From Hemiscyllium ocellatum (taxonomy: Eukaryota), in contig NC_083446.1 of assembly GCF_020745735.1 (NCBI RefSeq), forward strand, positions 16,346,068-16,410,067: a DNA stretch of 64,000 nucleotides, in the 5' to 3' direction. The notes beneath the pieces are model-generated. The model was given only the letters and a program-made list of their open reading frames with translations, had not been told where the DNA came from and made no database searches. Of the stretch, positions 13,369 to 25,380 are shown piece after piece; within the stretch, counting starts at the first letter, position 1, and every line of letters begins with the position of its first letter. Position numbers and translations under genes: made by a program.

Positions 13369-14504
13369 GATGCTCGGATTGAGGTTCTCAGCTCCAAATA
13401 TCCAACCACCCCCCCCCCCCCACCCACCCCACCGCCGCCTAAGATCATGTGAAGTTTATTTTGAACAGAACAGAACAGTGTCAAAGCGAGAACTGACAAA
13501 ACCATAAAGGTAGGCTATGGAAGGCCCCTGAAAGTGTCTAGTAACTTCTGGGGCAGACACTATGAAAACTTTTCCATAAAAGCTACCCACTTATTAAAAA
13601 AGAAATACAAAAATGCCACCCAGTTAGACTACATAAGTCTTTGATGAGAGGAAGGACAGAAAGAAGGCTGAGGGGAGAGAATAAAAGAAAGAGAGAGATG
13701 GGATGAAAGAATGCATGGTAGAGGAGATCAAAGAGTACGTTGTGTTGGGGTGGTGGTCGCGGACATATTATGTGTAGGAAGAACGAAAGAAAATACTGTG
13801 GGGAAGACAGGCCAGAATGTAAGAAGAGTGGCCACAACGTGAAGCTTTCAGGAGTAAAAGAGTGGAATGAGAGTAGAACCATGAGGATGGAGTAGCGAAG
13901 GCGATACGAGAGAATGAGAGTGTATTCAGAATGTTAATTGGAGGGGGTCCAGGAGACTTAACCTTTTGCCCTTTCTGTCAGTCTCCTAATTACTGGGAAT
14001 CTGTAGGCCACACTATCTGTGCTGACTCTGTGACAGGTCTGTCCAATTAATTTCACAGTCTCCTGCCAAAACAAAGCCTATCTACTGCAGTATGGCAAGA
14101 GGTGAATGGAAACCTTTTGAATTTGGTTACATCTCAGAACTATTCACTCTACAGATTGCTCAATCGCACCATTTACTCAATATATATTAAGTATTAATTA
14201 GTTAGTAAAGAACACATAACCTCAGGATTTTATTCTATAAATCTCAGCTTTCCATAGCTTACCATGACATTATTAATATGGGTCCAAGGTATAGCGCAAA
14301 GCAGAATTAATGCAACATTTGCACATCTCCAAACACTGAAATGCCAGTTAGATCGTTGACACTTGCTATATTCTATAGCAACAACAGTGATGAGAGCCAT
14401 CATAAAGGGATATGATGATCTGTTTAAAAGAAAACCACTGGCTTATCTGCTACCTAGATAACCAAACTAAGTAAAAACCGATAGCACGGCAGAGGCTGTA
14501 AATC

Positions 14505-14608
14505 GGAAAAAAAACAGAAGCTGCTGAGAAAACTCAGCAGCTCTGGCAGTCTCTGTGGAGAGAAACCAGAGTTAATGCTTTGGGCCCAGTGTACCTTCCT
14601 CAGACCTG
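14505..14608 (-). mobile_element. PLE-terminus-derived short repeat with a decayed hammerhead-like motif
   Basis: Minus strand: ggtCTGAGGAaggtacactgggcccAAAGCATTaactctg...ctctccacagagactgccagagctgctgag. Confidence 0.55.
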
Positions 14609-14789
14609 TAATTTCTGTTTTGATACCAACACCAAACACTCCACTCCTGATCAGTCTATAGTCACTGCTCAAGACAATTTGGCTCAGTAAGACTTTTCTG
14701 CCCAGTGGAATCCAACTTCCGATTGCCGGTTATTAGGCTCAAGACCAGTTTCTCCCAAACTCCAAAAAATCTCAGCAAAATTAATGAAG

Positions 14790-15440
14790 GCCAGTGTTCC
14801 AAAAGCCTTCATCACTGCCTGTCTACTTGTGACTCCACTTTCAGAGAACCTTGTACCTTAACTTCAAGGACCTTCTCTTCAATCAAACTCCTTAAGGTCC
14901 CATCATATACCATGAAACTCTGACTTTGATTTAACTTTCCAAAATGCAAGACCTCCCAATTATCAATATTGAACTCCATTTGCCAATTCTGGATCCATGT
15001 CCTCACCTGATCTGGATCCTGCTGCTAATTCTGACAACTAGTCTCACTGTCCATGATCCCGCCTATATTAGTGTTTTCTGCAAATTTATTCATCGTATCT
15101 TGCACATTCTCATCCACATCATTGATATGGATAACAAACAGCAATGGGCCCAGCACTGACAATGAGTCACACTATAGGTTACCGGCCTCCAGTTGCACAA
15201 GCATCCTTGCAGTAATACATTCTGCTTCCTGGCATGTCACGAATTGTGTTTCTAACTTGTCAGCTTTCCCTGTATTCCATGTGATTGACCATGTGGAATT
15301 TTATAAAAGGCCTAACTATGATTCTTATAGACAACGTCTATCACACTGGCTCAGCACTTCATTAAAGTGGTCCTGGTCACTTCATTAAAGAACCCTAACA
15401 AATTTGTGAGGAACGATCTCCCACGCAAAAAGTTGACTAC
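14790..15440 (-). mobile_element. CR1 LINE RT fragment
   Basis: ORF 14812-15006: WQMEFNIDNWEVLHFGKLNQ...EEKVLEVKVQGSLKVESQVDR, a CR1 ORF2 C-terminal signature. Confidence 0.85.
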
Positions 15441-16829
15441 TCCTAATCAAACTATATATTTCTAAAGTTATACCTATTTTATGCCTCAAAAACTTCTCAA
15501 GTAACTTAAAGACCACACATTCTTGTTTACTGGGGTATGGTTACATTGATTTTCTTTATATACCTTCTTCAAAATTATTTGCCTCATAATGACATTAAAG
15601 GACAAAGCAACAACAGCACCAGGTAGCACTTCAGTGCCACTTTTTTAAGGTAATTTGGGATTGGCAATAAAAGCTGGCCTGGTCAGTAAGGCTGAAATCC
15701 ACTGATTCAAAAAACATTGAAGTGTATCTTCCTGAAAACGTTGTAAGAAGCCCTCTGCTTTGCACATTATATCTGATTTGATCCTACTTATATTAATTTC
15801 CACACCATTTTCACATCATGCTAACAATTGCAGAATATTTACCCATGCACCACTCCGATAATGAATGTCCTTTTGCGAGGTCACAGATGAGCACTCGGAG
15901 GCACAATATCACCTAGAGTTTGGGGATGCGCATTGATAGTCATACCAATTGGTAGAGATGCTTGTTTCTCTCATCTACTGGTGGTGAGACTGTGTGACCG
16001 GGGACTGAGTGCCGGATTGAGCGGGAGTACAAAAAGTGTTTGTGAACACTTTCTAAGTTCTTCCAACTTTGATTAATAACTTGCAAGTTCTAATTTTACC
16101 CCGGATGACACGTTGGGAAATAGCAGCTACGTTGGTTCTGCCGGCAGTTTGGTGTACGCATGATCAGCTTTCCTATGCATATTGGCTTGGACTTCAGGAA
16201 CTCCGGTCTCACCGGATGTTTTGTCCCAGCAAATCAGTAGCTTCACCCATTCCGAGGCAATGGTGATAGGCTGGCATATGGCAGAGTTACGCAAACGGGT
16301 GGTTCCTCCCACTCTTGAGCATTCATTGTGCAATGTAGTCAGAAGACAGGAGTCAGTGACTTAAGAAGATGGAAAGCATGCTGGGTAAGCCAAAGTATTT
16401 CTACTTGGATTTGCTTGTGTTTATACAGTGATTACTAGAGCTAAGATGAGCAGGAGCTCTTTGAGAGTTGTGGGGTCGAGGTGGTCGTTATTCCTTAAAA
16501 TACAAACTAGTCGCTGGAATATGTCACTTCGCCCATAGAACTTGGTTCGTGATTTGATCTGAGTATGGACTTTCCCAAGATATTCTCTATGCCTGGGGAG
16601 TGCTTTCATTAGTTAATACACCTAAAAACAATTGCATTGGGGATGTGACTACAACTGATCACCTAAGCTGAAGCGGCACAATGACACTCACACCACAAGA
16701 AATGATGGTATTTTCGGTGGGATGGGACTCAATTATCTGTTTGTGTTGGGAATACATCAAAATATTCCCCTTGGAAAGAAATCTTGCACTTGCACTACGT
16801 CTGGGATTGGATTTTTTTTTCATTTATAC

Positions 16830-17290
16830 AACTTGCTGAAATATCAGTTTGGCCACCCTGATATGAAAGTGTTCGAATATTTAGACTGTGAGAAGAGTTT
16901 TAAAAACAACAATGAGATGCACAAAATAATCCTTTCAGACTGGAGTGAGGTAATTTTCTTGCTGGCTTTGTGGAAAGTGATTTACTTATTCATTCAATTT
17001 CCTGAAACATGAATGGATTCTCACTGGGAAGGGATTATTTTTCTGTTGTGTGAGCACAAAGAGATTCTTCCGGTCAATCATACAGCAGAGAAGCCATTCA
17101 TCCGCTCTGCGTGTGGGAAGGAATTCACTCCACCATTCACCCTGCAGATGCACCAACGAGTTCACACCGGTTGAGCAGTCATTCATCAATCTGTATGTGG
17201 AAAGGGATACACTCGGTCATCCCACCTTCTCGGATACCATTTGAATCACGAATGACTGCAATGACTGGTTTCTGCTGTTATTTCTGCTTA
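16830..17290 (+). pseudogene. C2H2 zinc-finger gene remnant D
   Basis: DNA encodes [31 protein letters not shown] plus decayed flanking fingers. Confidence 0.75.
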
Positions 17291-18129
17291 TTATTACTTC
17301 CAGGACTGAATGTGTGGTTTAATCCTGAGGAAAGAAAGGAATAGCTCTCAGCCTCTCTCTTCATGGTTCCGAGGTCCTACAAACAGAAGAGAAGGATCCT
17401 TCTTGACGATGTTCAGATTCCCACAAAAAGAAACACCCTTGAGCCATCGCCTGTACGAGAATCCTACAGTTTCAGGCAAATGACCGCTAAATCATCTAAA
17501 CGCCAGTGTACACAAGTCATAGCTGTTCACTTCTTCTTTGTAGAACTGCAATTCCATTATTGGCATTAGCCTGGTACATATTATCTGAACTAATTTCTTA
17601 TCTGAACATTTTGGCACAATAATTTCAAATGCCTCTGTAACTTTCATGAGGTAACCTATGTCAGGTAACAGCAAAGGTATGCATTTTATAGAGGAGTGAA
17701 ACTACCCACTATTCTTCAGAGTTGAACAAAGTTTGACCAAGTAAATTGATTTTAAGAAGTACTTCAAAGGAACAAGAGTGAACTTGGTGCTTGTCAATTG
17801 AAAGCACAGTCACCAATGGTTTGGTAATACATGTGAGTGATATGGAAGAGGTCAGAAATGAAAGAGTACAAGGTACTTGGCAGGTCGTGACCGTGGAGGA
17901 GATTACTGAGTTTGACAGATATGGGGATAGAAGCTGGCTTTATGGAACTTCAAGCATGCCTCTGAAATGGATCCATTCAGGTCATGACCACAGCTGTGCA
18001 GGAGATGCCTGCTGCCTTAAATGGGGGGATGGGGGAATATCAGATACTACACAAATGAGAAATTAATAACTAATCTCCGTAAAGCTGCTCTGAAACAGAG
18101 TGGGTATATGGGTGGATGTGAACGGATGT

Positions 18130-18540
18130 GACTTTTGTTAATGCTCACCAGCCCCAGTCTGCAAACCCACAGACATTATCAAAGCGCAGTTTCTCTGGCA
18201 TACTGTCATGCTGTCTCCCAATTCATTGGCCGAGTTCATTCCTTGCTGCCACATTTCCCACCAGGTAAGTGTGCTTCCTGTATGGTCTTTCCAATTGCCA
18301 ACAACAATATGCTGCCATCAAGTCAAATGCCGAATGTGGTGTGTGTTTCAGTGCCAACGTGAGGCCGGGTATGTACTCCATTCGTCTCAGACGCTGGAAA
18401 ATTATAATAAGGAGCATGTCCCTTCAACCATTGATGGAAAGCAAGTTGCCAAACTCTCAATACATATCCGAATGTCAGGTGTGATTCTGCATTTGGACAC
18501 TTTCTGCAAGATAGTGAAGTCTCTGAGGATGGAGGAGACT
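18130..18540 (+). mobile_element. Old PLE relic (GIY-YIG region)
   Basis: Frameshifted LPSSQMPNVVC / VFQCQREAGYVLHSSQTLENYNKEHVPST, a decayed NVVYxFxCxCxxxYVG-type motif. Confidence 0.6.
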
Positions 18541-18809
18541 ATATAGATAAGGAGAGGTGTGAGGTTAGTGGCGAATTTTAGAATTTGGTAAGATTAAGCT
18601 GTTGCATGGGATTGCGTAGATAAGGAGCTTTGTCAGGGTTGGAGGAGGATACGGAGATGTGGAGATGAAGATTACAGAGCAAAAGGTAATTGCAGGGGCT
18701 GGAGGAATTTGCAGAGATAGCGAGAGCTGTAGCGTTATGGAACTGCATAACATGGAGGCAGACTCTGTGGTTCAACTCAATCATGCCAATAAAATATTCT
18801 GAATAAAAT

Positions 18810-20300
18810 CGTCCCATTTGCCAGCACTTGGCCCATATCCCTCCAAACCCTTCCTAAACATGTACGCAACTGGATGCTTTTTAAGTGTTTTAATTGCTTC
18901 TGCTTTCATCACTTCCTCTGGCAGCTCATTCCAAATGCACACAATCTATGTGAAAACATTACCACTTCGGAGCCCTTCAAATCTTATGACTCTCGCCTTA
19001 AACCTATGCTTTCCTTTATTGAACTCATCCATCCTCTGGAAAAGACCTTGGCTATTCATGCTATCCTCATAATTTTATGAACATCTGTTAGGTCATCCAC
19101 AGACTTCAATGTTTCAAGGGAAGTATCCCTAGTCGCTTAAGCCTTTTCTGATAATACAAACTGTCCAACCCTAGAAACATCTTTGTATGTCTTTGCTGAA
19201 CCATTTTAAGTTTTGAAACATTATTGCTGTCGCAGGGAGACCAGAATTACACACAAAATTCCAAAAGTTGCCTTATAAATATCCAGCAGAACCACAACTT
19301 GACTTGCCAACTCCTGTAATCAAAGCACTGTTCTTTAAAGGCATAGAGTTGCACAGCATAAAAACAAAGTATTCAGTACACCTCGCCCACGCCGAACTAA
19401 TGTGCCAATTTCACCTCCTCCTATTTGCCAACATTTGACCAAATCTCTCTAAATCCTTTGTATACATGAAATCATCCAGTTGCACCAGCCTAGACCATGT
19501 CCACTGATAGTTCTTTCCATCCATGCTCCGCATTCGGAATGAAAGGTTTTCCCTGATCTCCCCGGTAAATCATTCTCCTATTCGCTTCACTTAATGTCCT
19601 TTAGTTTTCGACTCCTTGCTCTGGGGAAAGAAATTGTAACTATTCACGCTATCCATGCCAGCCCTAGGCATGGCAACAGATCCTTTATTCCAACCATTCC
19701 TGATGACCAGATATTCTAAACTGATCTAGACCTATATGTCAGCATTTGGTCCGGTTTCCTCTGGACATGCCCTATTCAGGTATACATTCAGACGCTTTTA
19801 AACTGTATTAAATGTACCTGACAACTTCTAAGACAGATCATTCTAGACATGTGCCATCCACCGTGTGAAAAGATTTCCCTGAAGCTCCCTTTAAACCTTT
19901 TCCCTTCTCACCTTAAACCTATGCCCTCTAGTTCTGAACTCCACTACACAGTCGAAAAAAAAGCTTTACTTACCCTATCCACGTCTTTCCTGATTTTATA
20001 AAAATCTATAACGTCACCCTTTAGCCTGGGACACTTCACAGAGAAAACATTCTCCAGGCTATTCAGCCTCTCCCTGTAGTTCAAATGCTCAAATCACAGA
20101 TACAACCTTGTGAATCGTTTCTGAACCATTTCGTCTTTCCTATAGCAGGGAGATCAGAATTGAGCACTGTTTCCAAAAGTTGCCTAACCATTGCCAAAAC
20201 AGCTGCAACATGACATATTCAATACCCTGAAGAAGGAAAGCAAATGTGCTAAAGTCATCTTCACCACCTTGTCTCTCTGCAACTCCAAATTCAAGGAACT
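18810..20300 (-). mobile_element. Cluster of several CR1 3'-end fragments
   Basis: Repeated reverse-complement CR1 tail DNA (tcccatttgccagcacttggcccatatccctc, cagggagaccagaattacacaca, gcagggagatcagaattgagcac). Confidence 0.75.
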
Positions 20301-20759
20301 GTGCATGGCTTCTTAGCACTTCAACGGGATTGAATAGAATGGGGAGAAAGCAGGAATAGGTTTGAGTTGTAGATCTATAAAATCACTCTCCTTCATGCCC
20401 ACTCTATCTCTTTCTATAGTTCTGTGCAAGCACTCATTGGTTCTTTTCCTGAAGGACACTTATGAATACATTCAGTTTTAAAATAACTCGACAGTTTCTG
20501 CAAGTGTCGTCTCCACAACTGACCTGATTGATTGCTATAGTTTAAGAACATGTGTGTCCTTCTGGTTTCTTCCACCGCAACTGTTTTCTGTTTGAAAGGT
20601 TGATTTTCATTTACCGACTTCAAATGAAACCAATTCCAGGTCCAATATTCACTCTGTATCAAAAGCTAATTATCTCAAAATTATAAACGTTCAAGGAAAA
20701 AGCACCATTCAACCAGAGAGAAATCTGTATCCTCTGAGTGTGGAGCAGTCTGTCAAAAT

Positions 20760-21040
20760 TCACCTGAAATATAAATATACCAGCGCAGATGCAACAGAGA
20801 ATGATTGTTGAAATGCGAGACTTGTGAGAAGGGATGTTTCCCCATCCCATCTGGAACATCACCTATGCAGTCATACTGGGGAGAAGCCATTCACCTGCTC
20901 TGATTGTGGATGGGTTCACTTGGTCATCCAATCTACAGATACACTAGTGAATTCACACTAGAGAGATACTATTCGGCTGCTCAAATTGCAGGAAACCATT
21001 CACTCAGTCATCCAACTCCTGATACACCAGTGAATTCGCC
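20760..21040 (+). pseudogene. C2H2 zinc-finger gene remnant E (interrupted by the PLE/SINE at 21041-21738)
   Basis: catactggggagaagccattcacctgctctgattgtgg = HTGEKPFTCSDCG, followed by decayed fingers. Confidence 0.75.
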
Positions 21041-21615
21041 TTTGTTGTGGTTCTGTTCGGCGACCTGGGAGTTTTTGTTGCAAACATTTCGTCCCCTTTC
21101 TAGGTGATATCTTCAGTGCTTGGGAGCCTCCTGTGAAGCGCTTCTGTGCTGATTCCTCCAGCATTTATAGTGGTTTGAATCTGCCGCTTCCGGTTGTCAG
21201 TTGCTGTCCGCTGCAGTGGCCGGTATACAGGGTCTAGGTCGATGTGTCTGTTAATAGAATTTGTGGATGAGCGCCATGCCTCTAGGAATTCCCTGGCTGT
21301 TCTCTGTTTGGCCTGCCCTATAATAGTGGTATTGTCACAATCGAATTCATGTTGTTTGTCATCTGAGTGTATGGCTACTAGGGATAGCTGTCCGTGTCGT
21401 TTCGTGGCTAGTTGGTGTTCATGGATGCGGGTTGTAAGCTGTCTTCCTGTTTGTCCTATGTAGTGTTTTGTGCAGTCCTTGCATGGGATTTTGTACACTA
21501 CGTTGGTTTTGCTCATGCTGGGTATCAGGTCCTTTGTCCTGGTGAGTTGCTGTCTGAGAGTGGCTGTTGGTTTGTGTGCTGTTATGATTCCTAGTGGTCG
21601 CAGTAGTCTGGCTGT
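21041..21615 (-). mobile_element. PLE, 5'-truncated, with an open GIY-YIG reading frame
   Basis: ORF 21100-21714: ARLLRPLGIITAHKPTATLRQQL...NVVYKIPCKDCTKHYIGQTGRQLTTRIHEHQLA...REFLEAWRSS. Confidence 0.9.
21080..21119 (-). ncRNA. Minimal type-I hammerhead ribozyme motif at the PLE 3' end
   Basis: Minus strand: gca CTGAAGA t atcacc-tagaaa-ggggac GAAA TGTT tgc. Core CUGAAGA and GAAA intact, stem I gca/tgc, helix III ACGU apparently changed to AUGU by CpG decay. Confidence 0.65.
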
Positions 21616-21738
21616 GTGTTTAGGTGCAGGGGTAAATGTAGGGGAATGGGTCTGGGTGGGTGCGCTTCGGCGGGTCGGTGTGGACTTGTTGGGCCGAAGG
21701 GCCTGTTTCCACACTGTAAGTAATCTAATCTAATCTAA
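21616..21738 (+). mobile_element. HE1-type SINE 3' fragment with (AATCT)n tail
   Basis: ggggtaaatgtaggggaatgggtctgggtggg...ttgggccgaagggcctgtttccacactgtaagtaatctaatctaatctaa. Confidence 0.85.
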
Positions 21739-22059
21739 CCTGCTGCCCTGCTGTGCGACCCTGGCAAAGTCCAGACCTTTTTGCTTCTGGAGACGAGTGG
21801 TTGATTGACCAGGCAGGATATGGATGATTGATTTTCTTCAACGGAGGGCAATTATGAGTCAGATGAGTTTTTATTTTTAAATAAAAAATAAACACGATAA
21901 AATGTCAAAAAAAATCCTAAAATGTTTTCTCAGTAGTTGTATTGTGTCGTTTATCAGTACAGGCAGAATGAGTTCCTGCTTCAGGATCAACATCACTCTC
22001 CTTTAGAACTACTCCAGTAATACTCCCATCAGAACGATAGTCCTCAAAAAGAGTCATAC

Positions 22060-24960
22060 TAGACGCTGAGACATTAGTTGTATCAATGCGATGTGAAGGA
22101 TAGCGTGGGGGTGGGGGTGGGGGAATATGAGAAGAGAGGGAATGGTATTTTTGGTCAGGGGAAACATCACGACTTCAGGAAGATTTTTTGGGTGGAACTG
22201 AGAAATAAGAAAGGGATGATCACCTTATTGGGATTGCACCATTGACCAACCCCAACAGTTCGTGGGAAATTGAGGAACTAATTTGTAAGGACATCTAGGT
22301 TATGTGTAAGAATAATAGGGTGGCTTTGGCAGAGGAGTTTCATTTTTAAATATCGTTGGGGCTGTCATACTGGTATTAAGGGTTGGGTGAAGAAGATTTG
22401 TTAAATTTATGAAACAACATTTTCTGATTACGCATATGAGTGTATCTATTAGATAAGGAGCAAAACTTGATCTTCTTTGGGGAAATATGTCAGAGCTGGT
22501 GATTCAGATGTCAGTGGGGGAGCACTTTGGGTCCAGTCATTATAATTCTAATATTTTCAAAATAGTGATTGAAAGGATAGACCTGATCAAGAAGTTAAGG
22601 TCCTAAATTGGAGGAAGGGCAATTTTGATGGTATGATGCAAGAGCTTTCATAAGTTGATTGTGGATTGATATGTACAGGTAAAGTGACGGCTGGAAAATG
22701 AAAAGCCTTCAAAAATAAGATAACACGAGTTCATAAAAGGTATGTTCCTGTTTGGGTGAAGGTTAAGTCTAGAAGATGTAGGAAAATCTGGATGAAATTA
22801 CAGATTTGATTATGAAAGATGAAGGAAGCAGGTACAGACAGTAGGGATCAAGTGAATCCCTGGAGTAATAAAAAGGCAGTGAAATAATAGTGCAGAATGG
22901 AAACTAGCCATCCTGCTCAACAAGTCCTTACCGACATCCAGAGAGCAGCTCGCCAAGGTTCTCCACCCCAGCCTACCATTGGATTTTGTCTGGTCAATTC
23001 ACCTAACCTGCACATGACTGGCCACTATGAGTAATTAAGTATGGCCAATCCATTTAATCTGCACACCGTTCAACTTTGGGAGAAAATTAGTGCAAAGAGA
23101 GGAAACCAATTGCAGACTTGGGGAGAATGCACAAATCCCACACAGTCATCCGAAATTGGAATTGCTACTGTATCCATAGCACCACGAAACAGTAGTATGT
23201 GTCACTAGTTAAGCAGGAAACTAGCAGTTTAAAAAAGGGAACATAAGAGAGCTTTAGCAAAAAAGTGTTCCAGGGAATTTAAAGGCATTCCATGACTACA
23301 TTAGGGACAAAAGACTAACCATGAAGAAGATAGCCCTTTAATTATCACCAAGGCTGCCTATGTGTGGAACTGCAAGAGATATGGGAGATACTAAACGGGT
23401 ATTTGCCACCAGTATCAACGATATAGAAGCTAGCGAACTTGGGGCAATAAATAGCTACATTGAAAACACGTGATTTAATCTAGAGCAGTAGACGCCTTAA
23501 AACTAGTTAAGGCGTTGGCCACCTTAAAATGTGTAAAGGTGCATACATCCCCAGGACCTGAAAAAGTGCAACCTGGAACTTTGTGAGAAACTAGGGAAAT
23601 GTTTGCTGGGCCCCATGCTGACATAGTTGCATCATCGATAGCCATAGGTGTGCTGCCACTCTGTAAGAAAAGGAACTATGGACTGATGAGCCTCACATCA
23701 GTGCTGTGTATGTTGATGGAGGGAATCCTCAAGGACAGGAATTACATGTATATGGAAAACAAAGGACTGAATAGGGATAGTCAAAAGGGCTTTGTACGTT
23801 GATATTTCACAAGCTTGGAGTGGATGTTTGAAGAAGTTATGAAGAGGACTGATGGAGGCTAAGTGTGGACATGATGCATGGACTTTAGTAAGGCGTTCCA
23901 CAGGTTACTCGGGGTAGACTGATTTGCACAGTTAAATCACGTGGTATTCAGGGAGAACCAGCCATTTCGTTAAAGAACAGGTTCGAAGGTAGGAGACAGA
24001 GGGTAATGGTGAAGGGCCGCTTTTCAGACTGGAGGCCTGTGACGAGCGGTGTGCCACACATATTGGTGATGGATCCACTACTTTTCATTGTGTATGTAAA
24101 TGAATTTGATGTGAACAAAGGAGTATAATTAGAAACGAACTCAAATTGGAGGTATAGTGGACAACGAAGAACGTTACCTCAGAATTAAAAGATTTGGTAA
24201 GAAGGGTCAAAAGGCTGAGGAATGGCTATTGGAGTTTAATTTATACAAACGTGAGGTGCTGCTTTTTGGAAAGACATGTCAGGGCAAGAATTATTTATTT
24301 TATAGTGAAGTCCTGGGGAGTGTTGCTGAATAGAGATATTGGAGTGCATGTTCACAGCTTCTTTTAAGTGGAGACCCAGATAGGCAGGATAGCGAAGAAG
24401 GAGTTTATTATAATTGCTTTTATTTATCAGTGCATTTGCGTGTAGTAGTTGAAAGGTCATGTTGCGGCTTTGAAGGACATTGGGTAATGCAGTTTTGAGT
24501 ACTGTTTTCAATTCAGCTCTCCATGCTAGAAGAAGAATATTATGAAACTTGAAAGAATTTTATCAACATATGTTCCACAAGGATGTTGCTATGGTTGGAC
24601 GTTTTAGATTTGAGGGGAGTCTGAATACACACTGTCTATATTCCCTGGAGTATTTCCATGGTTTATAGATTATTATGGGCATGGATAGGGTGAACAGCCA
24701 AGGTCTTCTCCCGGGCTGAAGGAAGACTTAAAAGACCCAAGATGCAACATTTTCCCACAGACAGTGGTGTTTGCGAAGAATGTGCTGCCAGAAGAAATGG
24801 AGGGAGCTGAATGCATGCATGAATACGAAGGTTTCTGATGGATATGGCCCACATGCTGGCAAATGCGACCAGATTATTTAAGGATTTCTGGTCGGCATGG
24901 CGAATTGAATCGCAGGGTCTGTTTCTGTGCTATCCGTGTCTATGACTCTGTGACTCTGCA
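22060..24960 (+). mobile_element. Old CR1 LINE (endonuclease-RT-3' tail), heavily decayed
   Basis: ORF2 motifs in fragments (LMEGILKDRNYMYMENKGLNRDSQKGFV; gactttagtaaggcgttccacaggtt); tail near 24900-24960. Confidence 0.8.
22900..23200 (-). mobile_element. Decayed HE1-type SINE nested in CR1
   Basis: caacaagtcc, ggtcaattcacctaacctgcaca, ggggagaatgcacaaatcccacacagtc. Confidence 0.6.
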
Positions 24961-25099
24961 GCCGCTGCCAGGGCTGTTGCACTTCTCCAGAGGCATTTTT
25001 TAAAATATTTATTTACACACTTCCGGAATATCCAAACGTACTATATTAATTTTCTTCTTAACACTTGCTTTCTGAATTTTTAAAAGTCATTTGCAGAAT

Positions 25100-25380
25100 A
25101 TGGGCGTGTTGGCTGGGCCAGTATTTATTGACCATTCCTAACTTTCTAGGAGACAGTTATGAAGCACCCACATTCATGCAGTTTTGGGGAAGACAAAGCG
25201 TGGGGCTGGAAAAAGCACAGCAGGTCAGGTAGGAGGAACAAGAGAGTCGACGTTTTAGGCATAAACCTTCTTCAGGGCAGTCCTACTTTTCACCTTGTGG
25301 GTTTCGAGTCACATGTATGGCAAACCAGGTAAAGAATGCAGTTTCCTTCTGTAAAGGACATTAATGAACCAACATTTTGA
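25100..25380 (-). mobile_element. Deu-type SINE fragment with an adjoining PLE-terminus arm (~25200-25278)
   Basis: gagtcacatgtatggcaaaccaggtaaagaatgcagtttccttctgtaaaggacattaatgaacc is Deu-domain-like. The arm reads on minus CTGAAGAaggtttatgcctAAAACGTCgactc. Confidence 0.55.
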
